64,000 nucleotides of DNA from Thermoflexales bacterium (GTDB lineage Bacteria > Chloroflexota > Anaerolineae > Fen-1058). Position 1 is the stretch's first letter. Every line of letters begins with the position of its first letter. Below, piece by piece: positions 17,450 through 27,012 of the stretch. The stretch lies in NCBI GenBank assembly GCA_041740315.1, contig JBGSMF010000263.1, positions 2,165 to 66,164 of the forward strand, read 5' to 3'. The notes beneath the pieces are model-generated. The model was not told the DNA's origin. It ran no database searches and saw only the letters and a program-made list of their open reading frames with translations. A program made the translations under genes and the position numbers.

Positions 17450-18880
17450 ATGTGGAAACGCTATTATACTCCGGTTTCTCTTAGGCAGGCGTTGGCCTTG
17501 CTGTCCGATTATAAAGAGGCCGCCCGTATTGTCGCCGGCGGCACAGATTTGCTGGTTGAACTGGAGCGCAAGGTTCGCACCGCCGAAGTGTTGATTGATA
17601 TCACCCGCATTCCTGGCCTAGACCGGATTGCTCTAGACGAAGGCGGCGCAATCCACCTGGGGCCTTTGGTCACACACAACCAGGCGGCTAACTCGGCGGT
17701 GTGCGTCAAAAAGGCTCTGGCGCTGGCGCGTGCCTGCTGGGAAGTAGGCGCGCCGCAAATTCGCAACCGCGGCACTATTGCAGGCAACCTGGTGACAGCC
17801 AGCCCGGCCAACGACACCATCTCTCCATTGTGGGCCTTGGAAGCGACGATTACGCTACAGAATGCGCATCGCCGCCGAACCCTGACCATGCCTGAATTTT
17901 TCAAGGGTGTGCGCAAGACAGCTCTAGAGCCAGATGAAATTGTGACCGATATTTGCATCCCGAGATGCAAGTCTGGCACGCAGAGCGCCTTTGTCAAGCT
18001 GGCTTTGCGGCGCGCCCAGGCCATTTCGGTGGTCAATGCTGCCGCGGTGGTGCGCTTTTATCAGGGTAAGGTGGCGCATGTGCGCATTACGCTAGGCAGC
18101 GTTGCGCCTACCATTGTGCGCGCCGTCCATGCCGAAAATTACCTGACCGGCAAACGCCTGACCGACCAGATTGTGGCGGTTGCCGGAGAACTGGCTACTT
18201 CAGATGCCCGCCCAATTGACGATATTCGCGGCCCGGCTGACTATCGTCGGAGCATGGTCAATGTGGCAACGGTGCGCGTGTTGACACAACTGAAAGATGG
18301 AACCGCCGGGGCCGATTTGCCCAGACACCCGGTTAACTTGTGGGGCAAGACCGACGGCCATTTTCCCACCTGGGCCAAGAAACCGGCCGAGTATGCGCCC
18401 TTGCACGAAGAGGAGGGAGACCAGCCTATTGTCACCACGGTGAATGGGAAGCGTTACGAGGTGCGCGGCGCAAACGACAAGACCCTGTTGCGAATGCTCC
18501 GCGAGGATATTGGGTTGACCGGCACCAAAGAAGGCTGTGGCGAGGGCGAATGTGGGGCTTGCACGCTGTTTCTCGATGGCATCGCCGTCATGGCGTGCCT
18601 GGTGCCTGCCCCCCGCGCCCATGGGGCCGATATTGTCACGATAGAGGGCCTGGCTCACGGCGACAAACTGCACCCCGTCCAACAGGCCTTTATTGACGAG
18701 GGGGCGGTGCAGTGTGGTTATTGCACGCCCGGCTTTGTGATGGCGGCCGCCAAGCTGCTTGAAGAGCGGCCCTCGCCGACCCATTGGGATATTCAACAGG
18801 CCGTTGCCGGCAACTTGTGCCGGTGCACAGGTTATGCTTCGATTGTCGCCGCTATTGAAAAAGCGGCTCGCCACAAATAA
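17450..18880 (+). CDS. Xanthine-dehydrogenase-family FAD subunit fused to a [2Fe-2S] subunit
   Basis: AGGTDL, QIRNRGTIAGN; C-terminal GTKEGCGEGECGAC, QCGYCTPG, GNLCRCTGY. Confidence 0.92.
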   Translation: MWKRYYTPVSLRQALALLSDYKEAARIVAGGTDLLVELERKVRTAEVLIDITRIPGLDRIALDEGGAIHLGPLVTHNQAANSAVCVKKALALARACWEVGAPQIRNRGTIAGNLVTASPANDTISPLWALEATITLQNAHRRRTLTMPEFFKGVRKTALEPDEIVTDICIPRCKSGTQSAFVKLALRRAQAISVVNAAAVVRFYQGKVAHVRITLGSVAPTIVRAVHAENYLTGKRLTDQIVAVAGELATSDARPIDDIRGPADYRRSMVNVATVRVLTQLKDGTAGADLPRHPVNLWGKTDGHFPTWAKKPAEYAPLHEEEGDQPIVTTVNGKRYEVRGANDKTLLRMLREDIGLTGTKEGCGEGECGACTLFLDGIAVMACLVPAPRAHGADIVTIEGLAHGDKLHPVQQAFIDEGAVQCGYCTPGFVMAAAKLLEERPSPTHWDIQQAVAGNLCRCTGYASIVAAIEKAARHK

Positions 18881-18902
18881 CCATAGTCTGGAGAGGTGAG
18901 CA

Positions 18903-19250
18903 ATGTCCCAAAGACGACGACGCGACCGGCTAGGACGCGAGATCAAGACCCAGGCCGATTATGCCCGGATAATTATATCGGCTATTGTGCTGTCGGTTCT
19001 TTTTGTGGCCCTGTTGGCCGGGGCCCTTTGGCTAGACAAACAGTACAATTATGGCAAGCAGGTCACGTTTCCGGCCTTTCTACTCAAAATTATCCCCTCG
19101 GCTGTGTTGCCCTATTGCATGCCAGGCATGTTGGCCGGTATTGTCTTCCTTTTGCTTCAGGGTCTGGTGACAACCGTCTTTAGTCGTTTCTACCACAATC
19201 CAAAAGACGAGCTGGATGAAGACGGGATGTACAAGCACCGAGGCGATTAA
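18903..19250 (+). CDS. Hypothetical two-TM membrane protein
   Basis: 115 aa, GGAGAGG RBS, co-oriented within the molybdoenzyme cluster. Confidence 0.7.
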   Translation: MSQRRRRDRLGREIKTQADYARIIISAIVLSVLFVALLAGALWLDKQYNYGKQVTFPAFLLKIIPSAVLPYCMPGMLAGIVFLLLQGLVTTVFSRFYHNPKDELDEDGMYKHRGD

Positions 19251-19267
19251 GAGTGATGAGGTGACTC

Positions 19268-21475
19268 ATGGATGTTGTGATTGGTGATTCCATCCCCAGG
19301 ATTGACGCTCTGTCCAAAGTCACGGGGCAGGCGCTTTTCCCGGGTGATCTATCTATGCCGGGCATGGCGCATATGAAGGTGCTGTTTGCGCACCGACCTC
19401 ATGCCCGTGTCAAATCTGTCAAGATCGAGCGCGCCAAGCAGTCCCCGGGTGTGCTGGCTGTATTCACGGCTCAAGATGTGCCGGTGAATGAATTCGGGCT
19501 GATTATGTTTGATGCGCCTGTGCTGGTAGGGCCGGTGGAGGGAGGGCGAGAGGGCTTTGATGTGGCGCGGCATGTGGGTGAAAAGATTGCGCTGGTGGTG
19601 GCCGAAACCGAAAAACAGGCTGCCCAGGCGCTGGACTTGACCGAGGTTGAATACAAAGATTTGCCCCTGGTCACCGATCCCCGTGAAGCCATGCGGCCCG
19701 GCGGAGTGCAGTTGCATCCGGGTGTAGAGAATAACATCTTGTGCCATTATCGCATCCGCAAGGGCGATGTGGCTGAAGCTTTCCGGCAAGCTGATGTAAC
19801 GGTAGAGGGCACCTATCGCACGCCTTTTCAAGAGCATGCTTATCTCCAGCCAGAAGCGGGGCTGGCTTACCTTGACGAAGAAGGCCGTGTGACGGTGCAG
19901 GTAGCCGGCCAGTGGACGCACGAAGACCAGGAGCAAATTGCTCACGCGTTGGGATTGCCCACGGAGCAGGTGCGGGTGATTTACCCGGCCATCGGCGGCG
20001 CGTTTGGCGGGCGCGAAGATATGAGCGTGCAAATCATCCTGGCCCTGGCGGCGCAAAGGCTCAAGCGCCCGGTCAAGATTGTGTGGACGCGCGAAGAATC
20101 AATCATCGGGCATCACAAACGCCACCCCATGTACATCCGCGCGCGCTGGGGCGCAACGTATGAGGGCCGCCTGGTCGCCGCGCAAGTCGAGCTGATTAGC
20201 GATGCCGGCGCTTATGCGTATACCTCGACCAAGGTGCTGGGCAATGCCACGCTGCTGTGCACCGGCTCGTATGATATCCCGGCGGTCAGGGTGGATACCT
20301 ATGCTGTATACACCAACAATATCCCCACGGGGGCATTTCGCGGCTTTGGCGGGCCGCAGGCCATCTTTGCCGCCGAGCAGCAAATGAACAAGTTGGCCGA
20401 AAAGCTGGGCATGGACCCGGTGGAATTGCGGATGAAAAATTTGCTCAAGGAGCGCTCGCTGCTTTCGGTGGGCACGCCGCTGCCGCCAGGTGTCAGCTTG
20501 GCCGAGGTGGTGGAAAAGGCCGCCACAGCCAGCGGCTGGCAGCCCACGCTGGATGGATGGAAGCGCCCCTCGCCCGCTTCTACTTTGCGCAAGAACAAGC
20601 GCTATGGGCTGGGTTTTGCTTGCGGGTTCAAAAATGTGGGTTTTAGCTTTGGCGCGCCAGAACAGTGCGCGGCGCGCATCGAGTTGCGCGGCGAGACTGA
20701 AATTGAGCAGGCCGTGCTCTATCATTCAGCTGCCGAGGTGGGGCAGGGGGCGCACACCGCCCTGCTTCAAATGACGGCCGAAGCGCTTGATTTGCCAGAA
20801 TCTAGGGTGCGCCTGATAGTTTCGGATACGGCGCATACTCCACCCTCGGGCAGCGTGTCGGCCAGCCGAATGACGTTTATGGCGGGCAATGCCATTTTAG
20901 GCGCAGCCGAAGTGGCGTTGATGAAATGGCACGCCAGAGAGCGGCCTGCGGTGGGCAGCTATACTTACCGTCCGCCTCGCACCACGCCTTATGACCCAGA
21001 AACCGGCCGATGCGAACCCAACTTTGCCTATGGTTATGTGGCCGAGGCAGCCGAGGTGGAAGTAGACGCCGAAACCGGCCATGTGCGTGTGCTGCGAGTG
21101 TGGTGTGTCGATGATGTGGGCCACGCCATCAACCCCCAGCAGGTGCAAGGCCAGATAGAAGGCGCTATTGTCCAAGCGCAAGGCTATACCGTGCTTGAAA
21201 ACTTTATCATGAAAGACGGGCAGGTGCTCACTCCTCATTTGAGCACTTATCTTATCCCAACCGTGCTGGATGCTCCCCAAGAAATTCAGTCACATATCGT
21301 AGAGCTGCGTGACCCGCGGGGACCTTTTGGCGCGCGTGGCATGGGCGAGATGCCTTACCTTCCCTTTGCGCCAGCCGTCACAGATGCCGTTCATGCTGCA
21401 CTGGGCGTGTGGTTTGATGAGTTGCCGCTCACACCCGATCGGGTGCTGGCGGCGCTCAAGAAGCGTGGTGGATGA
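19268..21475 (+). CDS. Xanthine-dehydrogenase-family molybdopterin-binding subunit
   Basis: KVTG, QEHAYLQPE, IGGAFGGR, AFRGFG, EVGQG, GQIEG, GARGMGE. Confidence 0.93.
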   Translation: MDVVIGDSIPRIDALSKVTGQALFPGDLSMPGMAHMKVLFAHRPHARVKSVKIERAKQSPGVLAVFTAQDVPVNEFGLIMFDAPVLVGPVEGGREGFDVARHVGEKIALVVAETEKQAAQALDLTEVEYKDLPLVTDPREAMRPGGVQLHPGVENNILCHYRIRKGDVAEAFRQADVTVEGTYRTPFQEHAYLQPEAGLAYLDEEGRVTVQVAGQWTHEDQEQIAHALGLPTEQVRVIYPAIGGAFGGREDMSVQIILALAAQRLKRPVKIVWTREESIIGHHKRHPMYIRARWGATYEGRLVAAQVELISDAGAYAYTSTKVLGNATLLCTGSYDIPAVRVDTYAVYTNNIPTGAFRGFGGPQAIFAAEQQMNKLAEKLGMDPVELRMKNLLKERSLLSVGTPLPPGVSLAEVVEKAATASGWQPTLDGWKRPSPASTLRKNKRYGLGFACGFKNVGFSFGAPEQCAARIELRGETEIEQAVLYHSAAEVGQGAHTALLQMTAEALDLPESRVRLIVSDTAHTPPSGSVSASRMTFMAGNAILGAAEVALMKWHARERPAVGSYTYRPPRTTPYDPETGRCEPNFAYGYVAEAAEVEVDAETGHVRVLRVWCVDDVGHAINPQQVQGQIEGAIVQAQGYTVLENFIMKDGQVLTPHLSTYLIPTVLDAPQEIQSHIVELRDPRGPFGARGMGEMPYLPFAPAVTDAVHAALGVWFDELPLTPDRVLAALKKRGG

Positions 21476-22152
21476 TTGCTGCGATTGTCCTGGCCGCCGG
21501 GCTTTCGAGCCGGATGGGAACAAACAAGCTACTGCTGCCTCTTGGAAAAACAACCCTCATTGAGCGAGTGGTGGATGTCTTGGCGGCGTGCCGGGTGGAT
21601 GACATTGTGGTGGTCACCGGCCACGAGCGCGGACGGGTGGAGGCGGCGCTGAGCCACTGCGCGGTGCGTTTTGCGCGCAACCCGGCCTATGCCAGCGGCG
21701 AAATGCTTTCTTCCATCCAGGCCGGCCCAAGAGCCATGCAGCCTGATTGTAAAGCAACCCTGATTGCGCCAGGCGACCAGCCGCTCGTTATGGCGCAGGC
21801 CGTGGGTCGGGTCATTGGCGCGTATGCCCCCGGGCGGATTGTTATTCCCAGCCACCAAAAGCGGGGCGGCCACCCTATCTTGTTAGATGCGGTTCATTGG
21901 GCCGATGTCTTGGCCGCCTCACCTGAGATGACGTTGCGCGATGTGATCCGGGAAAAATCATCTTGTGTGCATTACATCCAGGTAGATACGAGCGTGCTGT
22001 GTGATGTGGATACACCAGGCCAATATCAGGACGTATTGGAAGCAGGGAAGAGTGGCAATTCGCGAACCAGTCGGGGCGATTCGCGAACCTGTTGGGGCGA
22101 TTCGCGAATCGCCCCAACAAGGGAGGTAAATAGTGAAAGGTCTTATTCTTAG
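21472..22152 (+). CDS. mocA: Molybdenum cofactor cytidylyltransferase-like nucleotidyltransferase
   Basis: IVLAAGLSSRMG.NKLLL, MLSSIQAG, GDQP, GHP, DVDTP; C-terminus extended by a repeat. Confidence 0.85.
   Translation: MIAAIVLAAGLSSRMGTNKLLLPLGKTTLIERVVDVLAACRVDDIVVVTGHERGRVEAALSHCAVRFARNPAYASGEMLSSIQAGPRAMQPDCKATLIAPGDQPLVMAQAVGRVIGAYAPGRIVIPSHQKRGGHPILLDAVHWADVLAASPEMTLRDVIREKSSCVHYIQVDTSVLCDVDTPGQYQDVLEAGKSGNSRTSRGDSRTCWGDSRIAPTREVNSERSYS
22054..22118. repeat. 21-bp-period tandem repeat ending in a REP-like palindrome
   Basis: GGC(A/G)ATTCGCGAA at 22054, 22075 and 22096; perfect palindrome GTTGGGGCGATTCGCGAATCGCCCCAAC at 22091-22118. Confidence 0.85.
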
Positions 22153-23197
22153 CGGCGGCAAGGGCACGCGCCTGTACCCGCTCACCTATACTTCTGCCAA
22201 ACAGCTCATTCCGGTTGCCAATAAACCAGTGTTGGTCCGTGTCATCGAAACGCTGCGCGAGGCGGGCATTGACGATATCGGCATTGTGGTGGGCGATACT
22301 GCGCCGGAAATCCAGGCTGTTGTGCAAGACGGCAGCCAGTGGAACGTCAAAATCACCTACATCAAGCAAGATTCGCCTTCAGGGCTGGCGCACGCGGTCA
22401 AGATCTCGCGTGACTATTTGCAAGACGATCGCTTTGTAATGTTCCTGGGTGATAATGTCATTCAAGGTGGCCTCAGCCCCTTGCTGCGCGGTTTTGCCAC
22501 CAGCGATTATAATGCGCAAATCGTGCTCAAGCGCGTGGCCGAGCCGCAGCACTATGGTGTGGCTGTCATTGACAAGGGGCGCATCATCCGCCTGATCGAA
22601 AAGCCCAAAGACCCCCCCAGCAACCTGGCGTTGGTGGGCATCTATATGTTCGACCACAATATCTTTGAGGCCGTCAACGCCATCAAGCCCTCTTGGCGCA
22701 ACGAATTTGAAATCACCGACGCTATTCAATACCTGGTGGAAAAGCAATACAAGGTCTATCCCTACGTTCACGAAGGCTGGTGGATTGACACCGGCAAGCC
22801 GATTGACATGCTGGTTGCCAACAGCTTGGTGCTGGAAGAACTAGATCCCAAGGTCGAGGGACACGTAGACCGCGACTCGATTATTGAGGGCAAGGTCGTC
22901 ATCGAGCGCGGGGTAGAAATCATCAACAGTCGCATTCGCGGCCCCGTCATCATCGGCGAATATACCCGTGTTGTCAATAGTTTTATCGGACCGTACACAT
23001 CTATCTATCACCATTGCGAAATTGTAGATAGTGAGATCGAACACAGTATTGTGCTGGAACATTGCCAGATCAAGGAATTGCCCATCCGCATTGAAGACAG
23101 CCTGATTGGTCGGCACGTCCTCATTATGCGCAGTCCCTACAAGCCCAAAGCGCACAAATTCACCCTGGGCGACCATAGCCAGGTGGGAATCTTGTAA
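22133..23197 (+). CDS. rfbA: Glucose-1-phosphate thymidylyltransferase (long form)
   Basis: LSGGKGTRLYPLT, AKQLIPVANKP, FLGDN, EKP, EITDAIQ, WWIDTG, hexapeptide tail. Confidence 0.92.
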   Translation: MKGLILSGGKGTRLYPLTYTSAKQLIPVANKPVLVRVIETLREAGIDDIGIVVGDTAPEIQAVVQDGSQWNVKITYIKQDSPSGLAHAVKISRDYLQDDRFVMFLGDNVIQGGLSPLLRGFATSDYNAQIVLKRVAEPQHYGVAVIDKGRIIRLIEKPKDPPSNLALVGIYMFDHNIFEAVNAIKPSWRNEFEITDAIQYLVEKQYKVYPYVHEGWWIDTGKPIDMLVANSLVLEELDPKVEGHVDRDSIIEGKVVIERGVEIINSRIRGPVIIGEYTRVVNSFIGPYTSIYHHCEIVDSEIEHSIVLEHCQIKELPIRIEDSLIGRHVLIMRSPYKPKAHKFTLGDHSQVGIL

Positions 23198-23213
23198 TTG
23201 CCTTGGGCCCCTC

Positions 23214-23242
23214 TTGATTTTACAGCCAATATTGTGTAAAAT
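23214..23242 (+). promoter_or_regulatory. Sigma70-type promoter for spoVS
   Basis: TTGATT-17 bp-TAAAAT with upstream TG. Confidence 0.55.
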
Positions 23243-23355
23243 ATTTTCAATGAAGCGAGTGTCCAAACTGCATCGTAGCAGTAAGTTGTACCGGGCACAA
23301 CACTGGAGCTCGTATAGCAGACCCATCACACCAATACGTGGGGAGGAGGCAAACT

Positions 23356-23616
23356 ATGGACATTATCAAAGTTTCGGCTCACTCGCGTTCAACGTCGGTG
23401 GCGGGCGCTATTGCCGGCGTCGTACGAGAATCTGGACGCGCAGAGGTGCAGGCCATTGGCGCAGGCGCGGTCAACCAGGCGGTCAAGGCCGTGGCGATTG
23501 CCAGGGGGTACCTGAAGCAAGATGGCATTGAGATTATGTGCCTGCCTGAATTTGCAGAAATCCAGATTGAGGAACAAGAGCGCACCGCTGTAAAATTGAT
23601 TATTGAGAAAAGATGA
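23356..23616 (+). CDS. spoVS: SpoVS family protein
   Basis: IIKVS..S...VAGAIAG, QAIGAGAVNQAVKAVAIARG, ERTA; GGAGGAGG RBS. Confidence 0.95.
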   Translation: MDIIKVSAHSRSTSVAGAIAGVVRESGRAEVQAIGAGAVNQAVKAVAIARGYLKQDGIEIMCLPEFAEIQIEEQERTAVKLIIEKR

Positions 23617-24443
23617 AAGGTCGCCTGCGGGTAGACCTGCATATGCACAGCACCACCTCCGATGGAGAGCTCGGCCCGTCGGAGGTGGCGCATTTAGCGC
23701 ACAAGCTTGGCCTGGCCTGCATTGCGCTGACGGATCACGATGCCACCGACGGCATAGCCCAGGCGCAGGCTGCCGGGCAGTCCCTGGGCCTGGAGGTCAT
23801 TGGCGGCGTTGAGATTAACAGCGAAGGCGAGCATGGCGACGCGCACATTTTGGGTTATTTCATCAACACCGGCTATGCCCCTCTGCAAGAACAACTGCTG
23901 GCCATCCGCGACGCGCGGGTGGGCCGCGCGCGTGGCATGGTGAAAAAACTGGCTGAACTGGGCATGCCGCTAGAGTGGGAGGACGTTTTAGCCTTTGCCG
24001 GCGACGCGGCCTCGCTTGCCAGGCCGCACATTGCGCGCGCGATGGTGCAGGCCGGCTATGTGAGGTCAACCCAAGAAGCGTTCGACAAGTACCTCAGCAA
24101 CGACGGCCCGGCCTATGTCAACCGGCTGCGCTTGACGATGCGCGAGGCCATCAACTCGATTCACGCAGCGGGCGGCGTGGCCGTGCTGGCGCATGCGGGC
24201 GAATCGGGCCTCATTCACCTGGTGCCGCAGTTGGTCCAGGCTGGCTTGGATGGCGTGGAAGTTTATTACCCCGACCACACCCCCGAACAGCAAGCCGAGT
24301 TGCTAGACTTGGCAAAGCAGTACAATCTGGCTGTAACCGGCGGCAGCGATTTTCACACGCTTGACGACGCAGCGCACATGATGGGGAGTGTGGAGCTTGG
24401 GTACCAGGCTGTAGAGGAACTGAAAGCAAGGCGCGCAGTTTAG
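23613..24443 (+). CDS. PHP-domain phosphoesterase (YciV/TrpH-like)
   Basis: DLHMHSTTSDG, ALTDHD, GVEI, HILGY, RPHIA, GGSDFH. Confidence 0.92.
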   Translation: MKGRLRVDLHMHSTTSDGELGPSEVAHLAHKLGLACIALTDHDATDGIAQAQAAGQSLGLEVIGGVEINSEGEHGDAHILGYFINTGYAPLQEQLLAIRDARVGRARGMVKKLAELGMPLEWEDVLAFAGDAASLARPHIARAMVQAGYVRSTQEAFDKYLSNDGPAYVNRLRLTMREAINSIHAAGGVAVLAHAGESGLIHLVPQLVQAGLDGVEVYYPDHTPEQQAELLDLAKQYNLAVTGGSDFHTLDDAAHMMGSVELGYQAVEELKARRAV

Positions 24444-24463
24444 CCAGGATTCTGCCTCGCAAT

Positions 24464-24489
24464 CGGCTTGCATGGGGATGCAAGCCTAC
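24464..24489 (-). repeat. REP-like palindrome
   Basis: Minus strand GTAGGCTTGCAT-CCCC-ATGCAAGCCG; near-identical copy at 62856. Confidence 0.85.
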
Positions 24490-24507
24490 GGGGTGCGGAA
24501 AATAGGC

Positions 24508-25503
24508 TTAGGGCCAATCGAGCAGCAGCACTTCTAGCGCCAGGCGAGCATTGGCATTGTGCGCAATTTGCCAGGCGGTGCGCGAGAGCGAGACCAACGC
24601 GCCCCGCGCGCGATCTAGCCCAAATTGCGCGGCGTGCTGCCGCAGCGCCTCCGGTCGGTCAATATTGGCTAGGGGGGCAGTGCTGCCTGCCGCCACCAGC
24701 ATCACATCGCGCCACCAGCTTGCCCATAATTCCAAGGTTGGCTGAATAGCCTCGCCGTCGTTCGCAAGCTGCTCGGCATAAGCAAAACGCTCTACGCGCC
24801 TGCCCTCGGCGCCCAGCAGCCGCAGCAAATCATCCAGGCGCGCGGCGCGCTTTTGCAACACGGTCTCATCTTGCGCTGCCGCCAGCGCCCAGCCTACGCG
24901 TCCGCCCGAAAGATGCGCCAGTTGGTCGGCGCGCTGCGCTTCTAGCCCCCTCAGCGCCACCAATGCCTGGCTCACCTGCTCGATGGTCAACGGGCGCAGC
25001 GGCAAATGCTGGCAACGAGACACGATGGTAGGCAGCAGCACTTTTGGTTCGGAAGCGATGAGGATGAGCACCACATGGGGCGAAGGCTCTTCTAGCGTCT
25101 TGAGCAGCGCGTTCGAAGCTTCGAGCGTGGCTTGCTCCATGCCGTCAATGATGGTCACCCGAAAGCGCGCCTCCACCGGAGAAAGCGCCAGGTCGTGCTG
25201 CAGCTCGCGAATCTGGCTGATTTTGATGGATGCGCCTTCTGGCATCACCACCCGCACATCGGGGTGCCCGCCTGTGGCAGTCAGGCTGCACGCTCGGCAA
25301 GCCGCTTGTGCCCTCATATCACATGGCGGCTGTTCTCTTGTGCAGTTCAGCGCGCGCGCCAAGGCCAGCGCTAGCGTGCGGCGGCCAATGTGCGCCATAC
25401 CTGTGACCAAATAGGCATGCGACGGCCGCCCCGCCGCTATGGCGTGCTGCAGCAAGTCCACCGCCCAATCGTGGCCGATAACAGACCAGTTTGTGTGCTC
25501 CAT
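24508..25503 (-). CDS. holB: DNA polymerase III subunit delta'
   Basis: IGHDW, SHAYL, Cys cluster, HPDV, ASNALLKTLEEP, LLPTIVSRC. Confidence 0.93.
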   Translation of the reverse strand: MEHTNWSVIGHDWAVDLLQHAIAAGRPSHAYLVTGMAHIGRRTLALALARALNCTREQPPCDMRAQAACRACSLTATGGHPDVRVVMPEGASIKISQIRELQHDLALSPVEARFRVTIIDGMEQATLEASNALLKTLEEPSPHVVLILIASEPKVLLPTIVSRCQHLPLRPLTIEQVSQALVALRGLEAQRADQLAHLSGGRVGWALAAAQDETVLQKRAARLDDLLRLLGAEGRRVERFAYAEQLANDGEAIQPTLELWASWWRDVMLVAAGSTAPLANIDRPEALRQHAAQFGLDRARGALVSLSRTAWQIAHNANARLALEVLLLDWP

Positions 25504-25564
25504 CAGGAGCATTGTATCACAAAAGCGAGCAATGACCAACGAAGCGTACTGCAACTTTTTACGC

Positions 25565-25590
25565 CGCAACTTTTTGCGCTATAATGCGTA
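25565..25590 (+). promoter_or_regulatory. Putative ECF-sigma autoregulatory promoter
   Basis: CGCAAC-N16-CGTA, same geometry as B. subtilis SigW TGAAAC-N16-CGTA. Confidence 0.6.
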
Positions 25591-25636
25591 ATTACTAACA
25601 AGGGCTACTGGCGCGCAGAGCCTGAAGGATACTAGA

Positions 25637-26218
25637 GTGAATGACGAATTGAGTTGGATTGCGGCCGCGCGGCGCGGAGATGACACGGCTTTTTGCCGCC
25701 TGGTCGAGCTGTACCAGGGATATGTATACAACTTGGCGCACCGCATGCTGGGCGATGGTGTAGAAGCCGAAGATGCCGCTCAAGAAGCGTTTATGCGGGC
25801 GTATAACCGGCTCTCGACCTATCAGCCAGATCGCAGCTTTAAAACCTGGCTGCTGTCTATCACAGCCCACTATTGCATTGATCGGCTGCGGCAGCGGCGA
25901 TTGACCTGGCTTTCCATCGAGCAAGAAGAAGCGCCGCCCGAGCACCTGGTATCGAAAACGCCCGAACCAGAAGATAGCCTGATCCAGAGCGAACAGGAAA
26001 AAATAATCCAGCGCATGCTAAAAGGGCTGCCGCCCGATTACCGTTTACCGATTGTATTGAGATACTGGTACGATATGTCATATGAAGAAATTGCCGAAAT
26101 CACCACAAGCACTATCAGCGCCGTCAAGTCGCGCCTGTTTCGGGCGCGCGGTTTGTTGGCCGACCGGCTGGTCCATTCGCCAAGCGGGGCGCTGGTAGCG
26201 GTTTTGCAGGAGGTATAG
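25637..26218 (+). CDS. ECF RNA polymerase sigma factor (SigW-like)
   Basis: AEDAAQEAF, FKTWLLSI, CIDRLR, SYEEIAE, VKSRLFRAR. Confidence 0.93.
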   Translation: MNDELSWIAAARRGDDTAFCRLVELYQGYVYNLAHRMLGDGVEAEDAAQEAFMRAYNRLSTYQPDRSFKTWLLSITAHYCIDRLRQRRLTWLSIEQEEAPPEHLVSKTPEPEDSLIQSEQEKIIQRMLKGLPPDYRLPIVLRYWYDMSYEEIAEITTSTISAVKSRLFRARGLLADRLVHSPSGALVAVLQEV

Positions 26219-26220
26219 GC

Positions 26221-26793
26221 ATGGGACATGATTATGTTGAATTGATGTCGGCGGCGCTTGATGGCCGCCTGGAGCCTGGCGAACGCGCCGAGTGGAATGC
26301 TCACCTGGCGGCTTGTTCTCGCTGCCAGAAGCGCTGGACCGCATTGCAACAGGTAGACCGCGCTTTCAAGAGCGCGCTGGCTGTAGCGCCGGCGCCCGGC
26401 TTTAAGGCGCGCTTTGCCCAGCGCCTGGCGCAGCGTCAGGCTAGTCAACACAGCCGCCAGCGCACCTTTGCTGGCGCGGGCATGCTGACAGCCAGTGCAA
26501 TGGCGGCCCTGGTTGTCATTGGCTGGGTGCTGGCCTGGCAAGTGCCGGGTCTGGTCGGCGCGTTCACCGACGCGCCGGCGCACCTGAGCAATACCGCTCA
26601 AACGGTTGTGCAGTGGACGGTGTTGCTTCGCGCGTTGGGCGAAATTGGACAATCGTTGGTCAGTTTTGTGCCGTTGTGGGGAACCATTGCGGCGGTGATG
26701 TACGCATGGATTCTTGTTGCACTGGCAACTACCTGGTGGGGCGTTGTGTTGCAAATCACCCGGCCGCGCGCGCCTGTGGCGCTGGCGATCTAG
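26221..26793 (+). CDS. Zinc-binding anti-sigma factor (zf-HC2) with TM helices
   Basis: LMSAALDG, HLAACSRC (HxxxCxxC); follows the ECF sigma. Confidence 0.9.
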   Translation: MGHDYVELMSAALDGRLEPGERAEWNAHLAACSRCQKRWTALQQVDRAFKSALAVAPAPGFKARFAQRLAQRQASQHSRQRTFAGAGMLTASAMAALVVIGWVLAWQVPGLVGAFTDAPAHLSNTAQTVVQWTVLLRALGEIGQSLVSFVPLWGTIAAVMYAWILVALATTWWGVVLQITRPRAPVALAI

Positions 26794-26859
26794 GGGCTGT
26801 CTAAATTTGAAGTCGCCCTTGTAAGGTTTGCAGGCGTATTTCCAATTGCTTGTTTTGAC

Positions 26860-26981
26860 GTAACTGCTCACCCTCCCGCAGGTTTGAACGTTTTTGGATG
26901 TGCAAATACACTTGACCAGGATCACCAGCCCGCCCAGGCAGCCAATTTTGTAACCTGCGGGAGGGTAGGCTGAGTAATTAC
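26860..26981. mobile_element. 122-bp MITE with 8-bp target-site duplication
   Basis: TIRs GTAACTGCTCA / TGAGTAATTAC, inner IR CCCTCCCGCAGGTT / AACCTGCGGGAGGG; GTTTTGAC at both 26852-26859 and 26982-26989. Confidence 0.88.
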
Positions 26982-27012
26982 GTTTTGACAGGGAAAAAGC
27001 ACGGAGGAATGA

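Noticed and set aside
23356-23616. spoVS as evidence of sporulation
   Set aside because: SpoVS is widespread in non-sporulating bacteria, and no other sporulation genes are present.
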